This document shows positions 17,351 to 28,497 of a DNA stretch of 32,000 nucleotides, in pieces. The translations under genes were made by a program, and so were the position numbers. Every line of letters begins with the position of its first letter. The first letter of the stretch is position 1. The stretch comes from Patescibacteria group bacterium. Lineage in GTDB: Bacteria; Patescibacteriota; UBA1384; XYA2-FULL-43-10. The notes beneath the pieces were generated by a model that made no database searches, was not told the DNA's origin, and was given only the letters and a program-made list of their open reading frames with translations. Location: NCBI GenBank assembly GCA_041674405.1, contig JBAYVT010000002.1:1-32000 (forward strand), written 5' to 3'.

Positions 17351-17384
17351 AAAAAATCCGCTTAAATTTTGAAGCGGATTTTTT
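17351..17384. terminator. Bidirectional intrinsic terminator between 16S and tRNA-Ile
   Basis: AATCCGCTT (17355-17363) pairs with AAGCGGATT (17372-17380). It is flanked by an A6 run and a T6 run. Confidence 0.7.
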
Positions 17385-17399
17385 AGTGTTGTCAAAATA

Positions 17400-17428
17400 T
17401 TAACAACTAAATAGTGATACTGTACGTC
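17400..17428 (-). other. 16S 3'-trailer half of the leader/trailer processing stem
   Basis: TTAACAACTAAATAGTGATACTGTACGTC is complementary, apart from one mismatch and one bulge, to 19039-19068 in the 16S leader. Confidence 0.65.
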
Positions 17429-17530
17429 TTTGCCTTGAGATATTACTACATCAAGGACTTTAACACTTTCGATCATCCGAAGATGACCAAGTGACCGACC
17501 TAAGCCGAAATAAATTTCGGCTTGCTCCTT

Positions 17531-18983
<1,453 letters not shown>

Positions 18984-19038
18984 GAGAATCTGACTTAGCC
19001 CTAATAATAGTACTAAACCAAAAAATTCTTTTGAAATT

Positions 19039-19068
19039 GACGTACATGTATCACTATTTAGTTGTCAA
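19039..19068 (-). other. 16S 5'-leader half of the processing stem
   Basis: GACGTACATGTATCACTATTTAGTTGTCAA is complementary to 17400-17428. Confidence 0.65.
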
Positions 19069-19162
19069 AGTGCGTTTTTTCGGGAAACAAATACATAAGT
19101 TTCTAGCAACAGAAACCATAACCCCTTCGATTTACTCCCTAGATTTTATTAAATCTGAATCG

Positions 19163-19191
19163 ATATTATCGAAAAAAATCATTTCTGTCAA
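19163..19191 (-). promoter_or_regulatory. Near-consensus sigma70 promoter for 16S rRNA
   Basis: Minus sense reads TTGACA (19191-19186), a 17-nt spacer, then TAATAT (19168-19163), about 180 nt upstream of the mature 16S 5' end. Confidence 0.7.
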
Positions 19192-19261
19192 CACTAGTTC
19201 ATGGTTGTGGAAAAAATGGTTGGACAGAATATATTGTAATTTGTAATGTTGGGATAGTAAG

Positions 19262-19545
19262 GGAGGTTTTGCCAATGATAAGAGGGGTCAAGGTCTGGGG
19301 GTCACCTGGACAGCCCAACCCGCAGATCTCGCGAACCCGTCCCCCTAGACAGTACAGGCTACGAACACAATGGGGAAAGCGCTCGAACCGACGAAAAACA
19401 ACAATCCCATCATCTGGTTCTTTCGTCCCTGTTGAAGCCCTGCCCACCGGTATGGTCCGCCTGTCTTTCTAGACACGAATCCCCAACACAAACGTGGCCA
19501 TCCCCGGCCGCAAGAACCGACCTGTTGGCACATACCCCCGCTGCA
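19262..19545. other. High-GC island without clear coding periodicity: candidate structured ncRNA or decayed gene
   Basis: The segment is GC-rich between AT-rich flanks. The overlapping ORFs in three frames (19269-19472 +, 19199-19447 -, 19345-19533 -) show no third-position G/C enrichment by hand count. There are internal complementarities, for example GTCTGGGGG/CCCCCTAGAC and GACGAAA/TTTCGTC. Confidence 0.3.
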
Positions 19546-19635
19546 GGTTAGTTTTTTTGTTAGTTGGGCAAACTATTATAATCATTGTCAATATTATCCA
19601 CAATAATTTGCTAGTTTCACACTATATTTTTCTGC

Positions 19636-19679
19636 AAACGTATTAAAACCTCCACGATCGTGGAGGTTTTAATACGTTT
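19636..19679. terminator. 44-nt perfect palindrome (20-bp arms) downstream of the malic enzyme gene
   Basis: AAACGTATTAAAACCTCCAC GATC GTGGAGGTTTTAATACGTTT. A T-run follows on the plus strand. Confidence 0.55.
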
Positions 19680-19721
19680 TTTGATAATTTTAATATAGTT
19701 TCTTAAAAAGAAAAAAGGGGA

Positions 19722-20900
19722 CTATTTACAAGCCGGCCGTATTGAACCCTCTTTTATCGCCTCTTTTCTTACTGCTTCTGCCACAGCTTTAGCGACTTTT
19801 TTATCGATTGGGTTGGGAAGAATTTTATCAATGGCTGGAGACTCGACGTAACTTGCCAGTGACATCGCCGCAGCATTCAGCATTCCGGGAGTTATTTTTA
19901 TTGCTTTGGCATCGAGTGCGCCGCGGAAAATCCCCGGGAACGCAAGAACATTATTGACCTGATTTGGATAGTCCGATCTTCCAGTGGCCACAATTTTTGC
20001 TCCGGCCTTCTTTGCCTCAACCGGATCAATTTCCGGTACAGGGTTAGCCAAAGCAAAGATGATTGGATTATTGGCCATCTTTTTAACCATTGTGGCCTTG
20101 AGTACATTGCCCACAGATAAACCGATAAAAACATCCGCTCCGCAAATGATTTTATCCAGATCACCACAGATGTTCCCCTCGTTGATTATATGATTCAAAT
20201 CCTCTTTGTATTCGTCTAGGTCTTTGCGATTTCTGCATACAGCCCCCTTTGAATCCAGGGTGATGATATTGGCTTTGCCCTTTGTAAATTCGTCGATTGC
20301 TAGAGCGACGGCATGGCCGGCGGCGCCAACGCCATTGATTACGATCATGCAATTTTCCAATTTTTTTCCAATAACTTTTGCTGCATTTATTAATCCTGCC
20401 AACACAACAACGGCTGTACCGTGCTGGTCGTCATGCATCACCGGAATTCCTAGATTCTGCAATTTTTTCTCAATTTCAAAGCATCTTGGCGCTGAAATAT
20501 CTTCCAGATTTATGCCGCCAAAGGATGGCGCTAAATATTTTACAGCTTTGACAATTTCATCAGTGTCTTGCGTGTCAAGACAAATTGGAATGGCATCCAC
20601 TCCTGCAAATTCTTTAAAGAGTATCGCCTTTCCCGCCATTACCGGCTGTGCCGCTTCCGGACCGATGTTACCAAGCCCAAGAACTGCCGATCCGTCTGTC
20701 ACGACTGCAACAAAATTGCTTCGAGAGGTATATTCCCAAATTTTACATTCATTTTTTGCGATTTCCGAAGATACTGCGGCAATGCCCGGTGTGTAGAAAA
20801 TCGCCAAGTCTTCGGCATCTTCGATCTTCGCTTTGCTTTTAATCTCGATTTTACCTGCAAGCTTCCGATGTTTTTTTAGTGATTCTTTTCCAAAGTTCAT
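19722..20900 (-). CDS. NAD(P)-dependent malic enzyme (short, MaeB N-terminal type)
   Basis: FYTPGIAAVS, VVTDGSAVLGLGNIGP, GGINLEDISAPRCFEIE, MHDDQHGTAVVVLAGL and VINGVGAAG are hallmark malic enzyme motifs. Confidence 0.9.
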   Translation of the reverse strand: MNFGKESLKKHRKLAGKIEIKSKAKIEDAEDLAIFYTPGIAAVSSEIAKNECKIWEYTSRSNFVAVVTDGSAVLGLGNIGPEAAQPVMAGKAILFKEFAGVDAIPICLDTQDTDEIVKAVKYLAPSFGGINLEDISAPRCFEIEKKLQNLGIPVMHDDQHGTAVVVLAGLINAAKVIGKKLENCMIVINGVGAAGHAVALAIDEFTKGKANIITLDSKGAVCRNRKDLDEYKEDLNHIINEGNICGDLDKIICGADVFIGLSVGNVLKATMVKKMANNPIIFALANPVPEIDPVEAKKAGAKIVATGRSDYPNQVNNVLAFPGIFRGALDAKAIKITPGMLNAAAMSLASYVESPAIDKILPNPIDKKVAKAVAEAVRKEAIKEGSIRPACK

Positions 20901-20903
20901 GGT

Positions 20904-21875
20904 TCATCCTATTATTTCAGATTTAGATTCAAATATCTTTGTGATTATTTCTTCAATTTCCTGCTCTGTGATTGTAATATTGTCCGGTGAGAATAAGCTG
21001 AAAACGTCTTGGGCAAGTTTGCCTATCTCATCTTTTTTCGCGCTTATTGTGCCAACATTATTAAATATATTTTTTTTGCACTTAAGCGAGGCAAATTTCT
21101 TTTTTTCATCAACGCTCGAGAGCGTAATATTTATGCATTTTTCCGGCGCATATTTATCCCTCAAAACCGACAGGCCTCCATCATATATTTTCATACCCGA
21201 ATTAATGATTATGACCCGTTTACACAACTCTTCAATATCTCCCATATAGTGGCTGGTCAATATCATCGTCGTCTTTTTTTCTTTGTTAATTTTTGAGAGG
21301 AAGCTTCTAATTGCTTTTGCTGAAATTACATCAAGCCCAATTGTCGGTTCATCCAGAAATATCACTTTGGGATCGTGAAGCAAAGACGCAGCCAATTCGC
21401 ACTTCATTCGTTCGCCAAGAGACATGCTTCGAAGCCGATTATTAACTATACTCCCCATGTCCATGGTATCAATCAAAAGTTCAAGGTTTTTTTTATATCT
21501 CAAGTTGGATATTCCATATACCTCTTTAAGCATTTTAAAAGAATCAATAGCGGGCAAGTCCCACCACAACTGATTTTTCTGTCCCATAACTATTGATATT
21601 TGGCGCAGATAATTATATTTTCTCTCCCATGGAACATAACCCAATACTTTGGCTTCTCCGGATGTGGGATGAATTATTCCGGATAATATCTTTAAAAATG
21701 TTGTCTTTCCTGCTCCGTTCGGCCCGAGAAATCCAATAAACTCCCCTTCCTCAATCGAAACTGCCAAATCTTTTACCGCTTCTTTAATTTCTTTATCCGG
21801 ATGGAAAACATCGCCAAAATTAAATCGGGTTTTGACAAAATTTTTGCATATATTTTTTGATTCGATTATTGGCAT
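20904..21875 (-). CDS. ABC transporter ATP-binding protein (COG4586-like, with C-terminal extension)
   Basis: Walker A GPNGAGKTT, signature LSLGERMK, Walker B VIFLDEPTIGLD. I prefer ATG 21875 (MPIIESKNICKNF), 1 nt after the permease stop. ATG 21896 is an alternative. Confidence 0.9.
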   Translation of the reverse strand: MPIIESKNICKNFVKTRFNFGDVFHPDKEIKEAVKDLAVSIEEGEFIGFLGPNGAGKTTFLKILSGIIHPTSGEAKVLGYVPWERKYNYLRQISIVMGQKNQLWWDLPAIDSFKMLKEVYGISNLRYKKNLELLIDTMDMGSIVNNRLRSMSLGERMKCELAASLLHDPKVIFLDEPTIGLDVISAKAIRSFLSKINKEKKTTMILTSHYMGDIEELCKRVIIINSGMKIYDGGLSVLRDKYAPEKCINITLSSVDEKKKFASLKCKKNIFNNVGTISAKKDEIGKLAQDVFSLFSPDNITITEQEIEEIITKIFESKSEIIG

Positions 21876-21876
21876 A

Positions 21877-22668
21877 CTAGCTCGATGCGCTCCCATAATG
21901 TTTAAGCCCTGCCTTCCAAACCAATGAAACGATAATTCCAAATACCAATGTAATCGCGAACATAAATATAATATACAACGTACGTGGCGGATAAAACAGG
22001 GTAGCGACGGGAACATAAGAAACCGTCAAAATTGGCACCAGCACCATTAGAAGGAATTTCAGATAAAGCGGAAAGATATTGACGGGATATCTCATAAATT
22101 GAGATAAGCGGTTTAAAATATCCGTCAAAGACCAAAGTTTGATAAACCAAAAAGCCGGAACAACAGTAATAATTTGGATGAAATAATACAGAAGCAACGC
22201 ACAAACGAACAAAGCAATAAACCATATTAAGTTCGTAAAGCCAATGGCAATTCCCGATTTCATTGCAGCATAGAATACTAGCGGTACCGAGAAAAACAAA
22301 TTAATAAATTCATATATTTCCGGCTTGCTTATCGAAACCAAGATGAGCGGATTGACCGGTTTTGCCAAATAAAAATCCAGATCCCCCATCCGGACTAGGT
22401 CTCGGCCAATGGTTTGTACGCCTCGGCGATACCAAATCGTGCTGACAGTAATAATGATTTTCGAAAAAGCAAAGAGGAATAATACCTGATAAAAATTCCA
22501 ATCCCCAAGACTTTTAACGTTTGCAAAAATCACTCCGAAAAAGACAATTGAAAAAAATAAATCAGATACCTGAAACAAAACCGAGGAAATGATATATCCG
22601 TTAATCTTAAGATCCCTGATAAGCGAATTTCGGAACAATATTACATTTATTTTCAAATATTTCATCAT
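21877..22668 (-). CDS. ABC-2 family permease (DUF990-like), 263 aa
   Basis: Polytopic hydrophobic protein. Its start overlaps the upstream permease stop by 4 nt, and the ATPase gene follows immediately. Confidence 0.8.
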   Translation of the reverse strand: MMKYLKINVILFRNSLIRDLKINGYIISSVLFQVSDLFFSIVFFGVIFANVKSLGDWNFYQVLFLFAFSKIIITVSTIWYRRGVQTIGRDLVRMGDLDFYLAKPVNPLILVSISKPEIYEFINLFFSVPLVFYAAMKSGIAIGFTNLIWFIALFVCALLLYYFIQIITVVPAFWFIKLWSLTDILNRLSQFMRYPVNIFPLYLKFLLMVLVPILTVSYVPVATLFYPPRTLYIIFMFAITLVFGIIVSLVWKAGLKHYGSASS

Positions 22669-23456
22669 CTGCCTACCCCCGTGTATCGTTTAAGTCCGCC
22701 TCGGTAGACAAGGTAGAAAATAAAATACAAAATCAAAATCCAAATGATCATTTGGGCCCAGCTCGAAAATAACTCTGTAATTGTAAATTTACCCAGAAAA
22801 ACCCTTGAGGGAAAATCGAACAAAAATCTCGCCGGTAAAACATTTATCCACTTCAACGCGGCAGGCAAAAAAGCTAAAGGAAAAAGCCCTCCACCAATCA
22901 TAGAAATGATCCAGTTGGCTAGACCTTTATTTGCCCGCTGATCGCCAAAATAAAAAGTCAGTGATTGAATAATTAAATTGATCAATAAATTCATGGCAAA
23001 ACCAATGATTATGGTTATAACAAAAAACACAATGTTGGCTACTGAAGTAATCAGCAGATAATCATGGGCAAAAATGACAATTAAAGCCAAAAACGGCGCA
23101 AAAATAATTAAAGAGAGAAGAACATCAGCAGCAGTTGATAAAAGATATGAGGCGATTACATTCCATGGGCGCACAAGCATGTTTGTAAAAAAACCATTCC
23201 AGATATCTTCTCCCAGATACAAAGAATCTGTTACCTCTATCCGGTAAATAAATGAGGTAATCAAATAATAGGTGACCGTGCTTTTTAGTGAATAGCTCGC
23301 AATTTCGGCAGTCCCGGCAGTTGCATAAACCGATTTCCAAACAAGAAAGAAAATAATAAAAAAAACCATGTTAAAAAAGATCGACAAAGTAAAATCGGTC
23401 TTGTAGGCGGTGAAGCCTTTAAATTCAGTTAAAAAATGGAAATAATATTTCCTCAT
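22665..23456 (-). CDS. ABC-2 family permease (DUF990-like), 263 aa
   Basis: Polytopic hydrophobic protein of the same length as its neighbour. It is the first gene of the three-gene transporter operon. Confidence 0.8.
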   Translation of the reverse strand: MRKYYFHFLTEFKGFTAYKTDFTLSIFFNMVFFIIFFLVWKSVYATAGTAEIASYSLKSTVTYYLITSFIYRIEVTDSLYLGEDIWNGFFTNMLVRPWNVIASYLLSTAADVLLSLIIFAPFLALIVIFAHDYLLITSVANIVFFVITIIIGFAMNLLINLIIQSLTFYFGDQRANKGLANWIISMIGGGLFPLAFLPAALKWINVLPARFLFDFPSRVFLGKFTITELFSSWAQMIIWILILYFIFYLVYRGGLKRYTGVGR

Positions 23457-23550
23457 ATTATCATTTTAGCACTATTAATGAGCTAGATTAATTAAGGTTA
23501 GCAAAAGATTAACTTGCCAATGCCGACGACTCCAACATCATAATCTAGCT

Positions 23551-24495
23551 TTATTTTTCCCCTTTGCTTTCTTTCGTGCTAGCTGCTTTTGGGATCTCGG
23601 GTTTCTTAAGAGGGGCGGCTGGCTGCAGTTGGACTGGAGATTGGGGAATGTTCACTGGCGCCGTTTGCTGTTTCTGGCCGGGCAAAAATGCAGAGACGAT
23701 AATCAGGATAAGCCCAACTGCAAATAAACCCCCGCCTTCGGCCAAATAGAAAATGAAAAAATCAGACCTAAATTTATTATAAAGATCCTGTACTAGACTG
23801 GCAAATTCTTTAATTTCAGTCATTCCGAGATTTGGCGTTGGTATATATCTTAATAACAATGATGCAAGCAATGTCAAGATGCCAAAAATCAAAAGGGCGA
23901 TCCCTGGGATTCGCAATTTTCCTTTCCAGTTTGGCCACATTGCTGCCGAAAGGAGCAACAAGAGAGTCACTATTCCCAAATAAAGCGGTGCTGTGACATG
24001 GCGTTTGCCGATGATTTTTTGCGCCTGCTCCAACTCCGGTGGAACTGGGATAACATATTTTTCCTTAATTTGATTGATGAATTCTGAGTCTTGGGATGAA
24101 AGTTTTTGGATAGAGAAAGCCTGTTTGATAAGCGACAAGTCGATCGTCATCGTCTTGCTTCCTTTGTCGAGAACATTATTGAAGATCTCGTTTATGTTGT
24201 TTTCAACAGTAGTTTTGACTATCTCCGGGGAAATCATTGACATTACATGGGCTATATATTCATCACTTTGAGGTCCAGAATCCATGTTTTGATCCCCACC
24301 TTCCTTTTGTGCCAGATAATTCGTGATGGTGCGTGGATCAATTTTCATTAAACGGTTATAAAAATCAACCTTTTCGAATGCGTTTTTATAGTATGTAGGA
24401 CTTAATATTGTCCGCTCGGAATTAAAATAAAACAGTGCTGCCGGAAAAGTCAGGATAAATATAACCAAGAGCAAAATCGATAGAAATTTACGCAT
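23551..24495 (-). CDS. Hypothetical membrane protein (314 aa)
   Basis: It has an N-terminal TM helix, a soluble middle part, three C-terminal hydrophobic helices and a Pro/Gln/Lys-rich tail. GAGGGG lies before ATG 24495. Confidence 0.8.
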   Translation of the reverse strand: MRKFLSILLLVIFILTFPAALFYFNSERTILSPTYYKNAFEKVDFYNRLMKIDPRTITNYLAQKEGGDQNMDSGPQSDEYIAHVMSMISPEIVKTTVENNINEIFNNVLDKGSKTMTIDLSLIKQAFSIQKLSSQDSEFINQIKEKYVIPVPPELEQAQKIIGKRHVTAPLYLGIVTLLLLLSAAMWPNWKGKLRIPGIALLIFGILTLLASLLLRYIPTPNLGMTEIKEFASLVQDLYNKFRSDFFIFYLAEGGGLFAVGLILIIVSAFLPGQKQQTAPVNIPQSPVQLQPAAPLKKPEIPKAASTKESKGEK

Positions 24496-24585
24496 AACCC
24501 CTCAACTTTCTAGTCCTTAGATAGTAGTCCTTAGTCTATTTTATCACTCAGGCTATTTGTTTGCTACATTACAGACTATGAACAA

Positions 24586-24741
24586 CCGGCTTCGGACTCG
24601 CACTTAATTCTGGACGCAAGTCCAGATTAAGTGCTATATTACCAAAGTGACGATCACATTTTTGATCGTAATTGCGAATCCCGAGCCCGTCGAGGGTGAA
24701 GCAATCTTTGCAAAGATCGCCACGGCTTATAGCCTCGCGAT
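24586..24741 (+). promoter_or_regulatory. Hairpin-dense leader upstream of eno (function unknown)
   Basis: Consecutive stem-loops: 24600-24634 (15-16 bp arms, GCAA loop), 24650-24669 (ACGATCA/TGATCGT), 24671-24705 (ATTGC/GCAAT enclosing CCCGAG..TCGAGGG), 24705-24716 (a palindrome) and 24716-24741 (ATCGC..GGCT/AGCC..GCGAT). Confidence 0.3.
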
Positions 24742-24743
24742 GA

Positions 24744-26051
<1,308 letters not shown>

Positions 26052-26067
26052 CACCGAAAAGGTGACT

Positions 26068-26730
26068 ATGCAGCCACGAGACGATAAATTCATCTACACC
26101 GACGGAATCGACTATTCCAAGACGTCTGCGGATTCCGTTTGGGGAACTGAAGAGAAAATCACGTCGAAAATTATTGACGAAACTGTTACTTCAGGAAAAT
26201 GGCTAAATCTTTGTGCTGGCGATGGACGGTTCAACAATCGCCTTCTTTCACTCGCCAATCAGGTTATCGCAGCAGATATTGATGAAAGCGCATTAGAAAA
26301 ATTGACAAGAATCACGCCAAAAGAGTTGGAAAAAAAACTTAAGACAAAGATACTGAATGTGACCGAGAAATTTCCATTCAAAGATGCGGAGTTTGACGGA
26401 ATATTCTGCTCCGGCACATTACACCTGTTCCCTGAGGATATTCTTCGCAAAATCTTCAATGAAATGGATCGGGTGCTAAAGCCAAATGGTAAAATAGTCA
26501 TTGATTATGCAGCCGATATTCGAAGAGAATACCCGAACGGTTCGCTCTGGGTAATCGAAAACGAGCCCAATTATTCTCTCAAAGACGCCAAAGAATTGCT
26601 TTCAAAAATGTTTTCAAACTATTTAGTGGAAATGTTCGCTGACAAATCAGAGCCAGAAAGAGTGTCGTTTAACAACAAAGAATATCAATTTTCCTCCAAT
26701 TTCATTTTAATCAGAGCACGGAAAAAATGA
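26068..26730 (+). CDS. Class I SAM-dependent methyltransferase (220 aa)
   Basis: WLNLCAGDGRF (motif I-like), VIAADIDE, DGIFCSGTLHLF and LKPNGKIVI. I use ATG 26068 because the track start 25900 overlaps the eno C-terminus. The stop overlaps the gpmI start (ATGA). Confidence 0.8.
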   Translation: MQPRDDKFIYTDGIDYSKTSADSVWGTEEKITSKIIDETVTSGKWLNLCAGDGRFNNRLLSLANQVIAADIDESALEKLTRITPKELEKKLKTKILNVTEKFPFKDAEFDGIFCSGTLHLFPEDILRKIFNEMDRVLKPNGKIVIDYAADIRREYPNGSLWVIENEPNYSLKDAKELLSKMFSNYLVEMFADKSEPERVSFNNKEYQFSSNFILIRARKK

Positions 26731-28214
26731 CCAAGCCAAAAGTCATTTTAATCATTTTGGATGGGTGGGGAATCGGCGAAAAGGATGAAGATAACGCCAT
26801 TCACCTCGCTAAGACTCCTAATTTCGATAAACTCTGGGAGTCTTTTTCTCATGGCAAGATAAAGACCTCCGGCGTTGCTGTTGGTTTGCCGGCAGGGCAA
26901 ATGGGCAATTCCGAAGTAGGCCACCTAACTATCGGCTCCGGTAGAGTAATTGATACTGATCTTGTCAAAATTTCTAAATCGGCAGAAAGAGGAGAGTTCT
27001 CCGCAAATCACGCATTTAAATCCGTATTTGACCATGTGAAAAAGTATGATAGCATCTTACACATTCAAGGTTTGATCGGTCCAGGTGGCGTTCATTCTCA
27101 TTCCAACCATTTACTTGCAATCCTCAAGGCAGCAAAAGCTACGGGCATTGAAAAAATTGCACTCCATGCATTTACCGATGGCCGCGACACAGACGCCAAA
27201 AGTGCGAACAAATATCTAAAAGAGTTAGAAAATGCTATTGAGGAAATCGGCGTTGGCTTTATAGCTACGGCAGTCGGCCGGTTTTATGCCATGGATCGCG
27301 ATGATAATTGGGATCGTTTGAAAGTTGCCGAGGATGCGATCTTCGGCGGAGTTGCAAAAACGGTTGTCCGTAAAAAACCATCCGAAATTATGGAGGAATT
27401 ATATGAATCAGGCATCACCGATGAACATATCGAACCGCACATTTTTCTAGATGAAAAAGGCAATGGTTATAAAATTGGAAAAAATGACGGTGTCATATTT
27501 ATTAATTTCCGCGCTGATAGAGCCAGAATGTTTTCGAAAAAAATTCTCGAAAAACAGGAGGAACTCAATCTGTTTTTTGTCACTATGACTGACTACGGCA
27601 AAGATATTGATAGCGTCATCGCTTTCCCGCCAGATAACATTGAAGATACTTTGGCCGATATTATTTCTGAAAATAATCTTACCCAATCTCACATTGCTGA
27701 GACCGAAAAATTTGCGCATGCAACCTATTTTCTAAACGGCGGCGTCGAAGATGAACACAAAGACGAAAAGTTTATTCTGATCGAGAGCCGCAAAGATATA
27801 AAAACCCATGACCTTGCTCCCGGCATGCGAGCTTCTGAAATTGCTGATACAACCGTCGAAGAAATTCAGAAGGGGAGAGATTTTATCTTCGTAAACTTCG
27901 CCAATCCCGACATGGTCGGCCACACAGCGGTAAAAAAAGCGGTTATTGAAGCAATTGAGACAACCGACCGAGAGCTCGGAAAACTGGTAGAGACAGCACA
28001 AGAAAAAAAGTATGAGATCGTCATATCCGCCGATCATGGAAATGCCGAAGCTCCCGATACTGCCCACACTGTGAATCCCGTCCCCTTGATCTATATTGGC
28101 GAAAAGTATTCTAAAGTATCTAATGGCGCCCTTTCCGACATTGCGCCAACAGTTCTTCAACTTCTCGAAATCAATAAGCCCTCGCGTATGACCGGTAAGG
28201 GCTTATTGAATTAA
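26727..28214 (+). CDS. gpmI: 2,3-bisphosphoglycerate-independent phosphoglycerate mutase
   Basis: ILDGWG, NSEVGHLTIGSGR, HAFTDGRDT, NFANPDMVGHT and SADHGNAE are iPGM motifs. Confidence 0.95.
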   Translation: MTKPKVILIILDGWGIGEKDEDNAIHLAKTPNFDKLWESFSHGKIKTSGVAVGLPAGQMGNSEVGHLTIGSGRVIDTDLVKISKSAERGEFSANHAFKSVFDHVKKYDSILHIQGLIGPGGVHSHSNHLLAILKAAKATGIEKIALHAFTDGRDTDAKSANKYLKELENAIEEIGVGFIATAVGRFYAMDRDDNWDRLKVAEDAIFGGVAKTVVRKKPSEIMEELYESGITDEHIEPHIFLDEKGNGYKIGKNDGVIFINFRADRARMFSKKILEKQEELNLFFVTMTDYGKDIDSVIAFPPDNIEDTLADIISENNLTQSHIAETEKFAHATYFLNGGVEDEHKDEKFILIESRKDIKTHDLAPGMRASEIADTTVEEIQKGRDFIFVNFANPDMVGHTAVKKAVIEAIETTDRELGKLVETAQEKKYEIVISADHGNAEAPDTAHTVNPVPLIYIGEKYSKVSNGALSDIAPTVLQLLEINKPSRMTGKGLLN

Positions 28215-28226
28215 CTATCTCAAGAA

Positions 28227-28397
28227 TTATTCTACCTGCTTATTTGCGGCTTTTTTCTCCTGGCAACCGCAGGTGCAATCCGGGCCACATGTACAACAAT
28301 GGATACATGTAGGCTCTTCATGACACGAACATTTTGCATTCTCATCTAGAGGCATACCGCATGCCACACACTTTTCCGGTTCACTAGATTCTGACAT
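28227..28397 (-). CDS. Cys-rich 56-aa protein, metallothionein/zinc-binding-like (below the ORF-track cutoff)
   Basis: SD AAAGGAG 4 nt before ATG 28397. The protein is MSESSEPEKCVACGMPLDENAKCSCHEEPTCIHCCTCGPDCTCGCQEKKAANKQVE, with 11 Cys in CxxC, CxC and CC patterns. Stop is TAA at 28229-28227. Confidence 0.55.
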   Translation of the reverse strand: MSESSEPEKCVACGMPLDENAKCSCHEEPTCIHCCTCGPDCTCGCQEKKAANKQVE

Positions 28398-28409
28398 ATT
28401 TCTCCTTTA

Positions 28410-28473
28410 CCCCGAGCGAAGTCGAGGGGTTTGCCCCGAGCCTGCCTGCCGACAGGCAGGTAAAATCGAGGGG
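28410..28473. repeat. Two tandem copies of a GC-rich palindromic motif CCCCGAGC...TCGAGGGG (the second encloses an 8-bp hairpin)
   Basis: Copy 1 is 28410-28429 (CCCCGAGCGAAGTCGAGGGG). Copy 2 is 28434-28473, with inner hairpin CCTGCCTG CCGA CAGGCAGG at 28441-28460 and TTTTT after it on the plus strand. A related CCCGAGCCCGTCGAGGG lies at 24680-24696. Confidence 0.6.
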
Positions 28474-28497
28474 TTTTTAATTGCGACTTAATTTTAT

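Noticed and set aside
19269-19472. A confident call of the 65-67-aa basic ORF upstream of the 16S promoter
   Set aside because: It has an excellent SD but no third-position G/C enrichment, unlike the other GC-rich ORFs, and it is overlapped by two minus-strand ORFs. I kept it only as an alternative within the candidate-ncRNA finding.
19898-21596. Alternative-frame and antisense ORFs within the malic enzyme and ABC ATPase genes (19898-20167, 19984-20193, 20161-20352, 20206-20796, 20568-20879, 20648-20842, 20833-21249, 21009-21296, 21375-21596)
   Set aside because: They are fully overlapped by genes with unambiguous family motifs.
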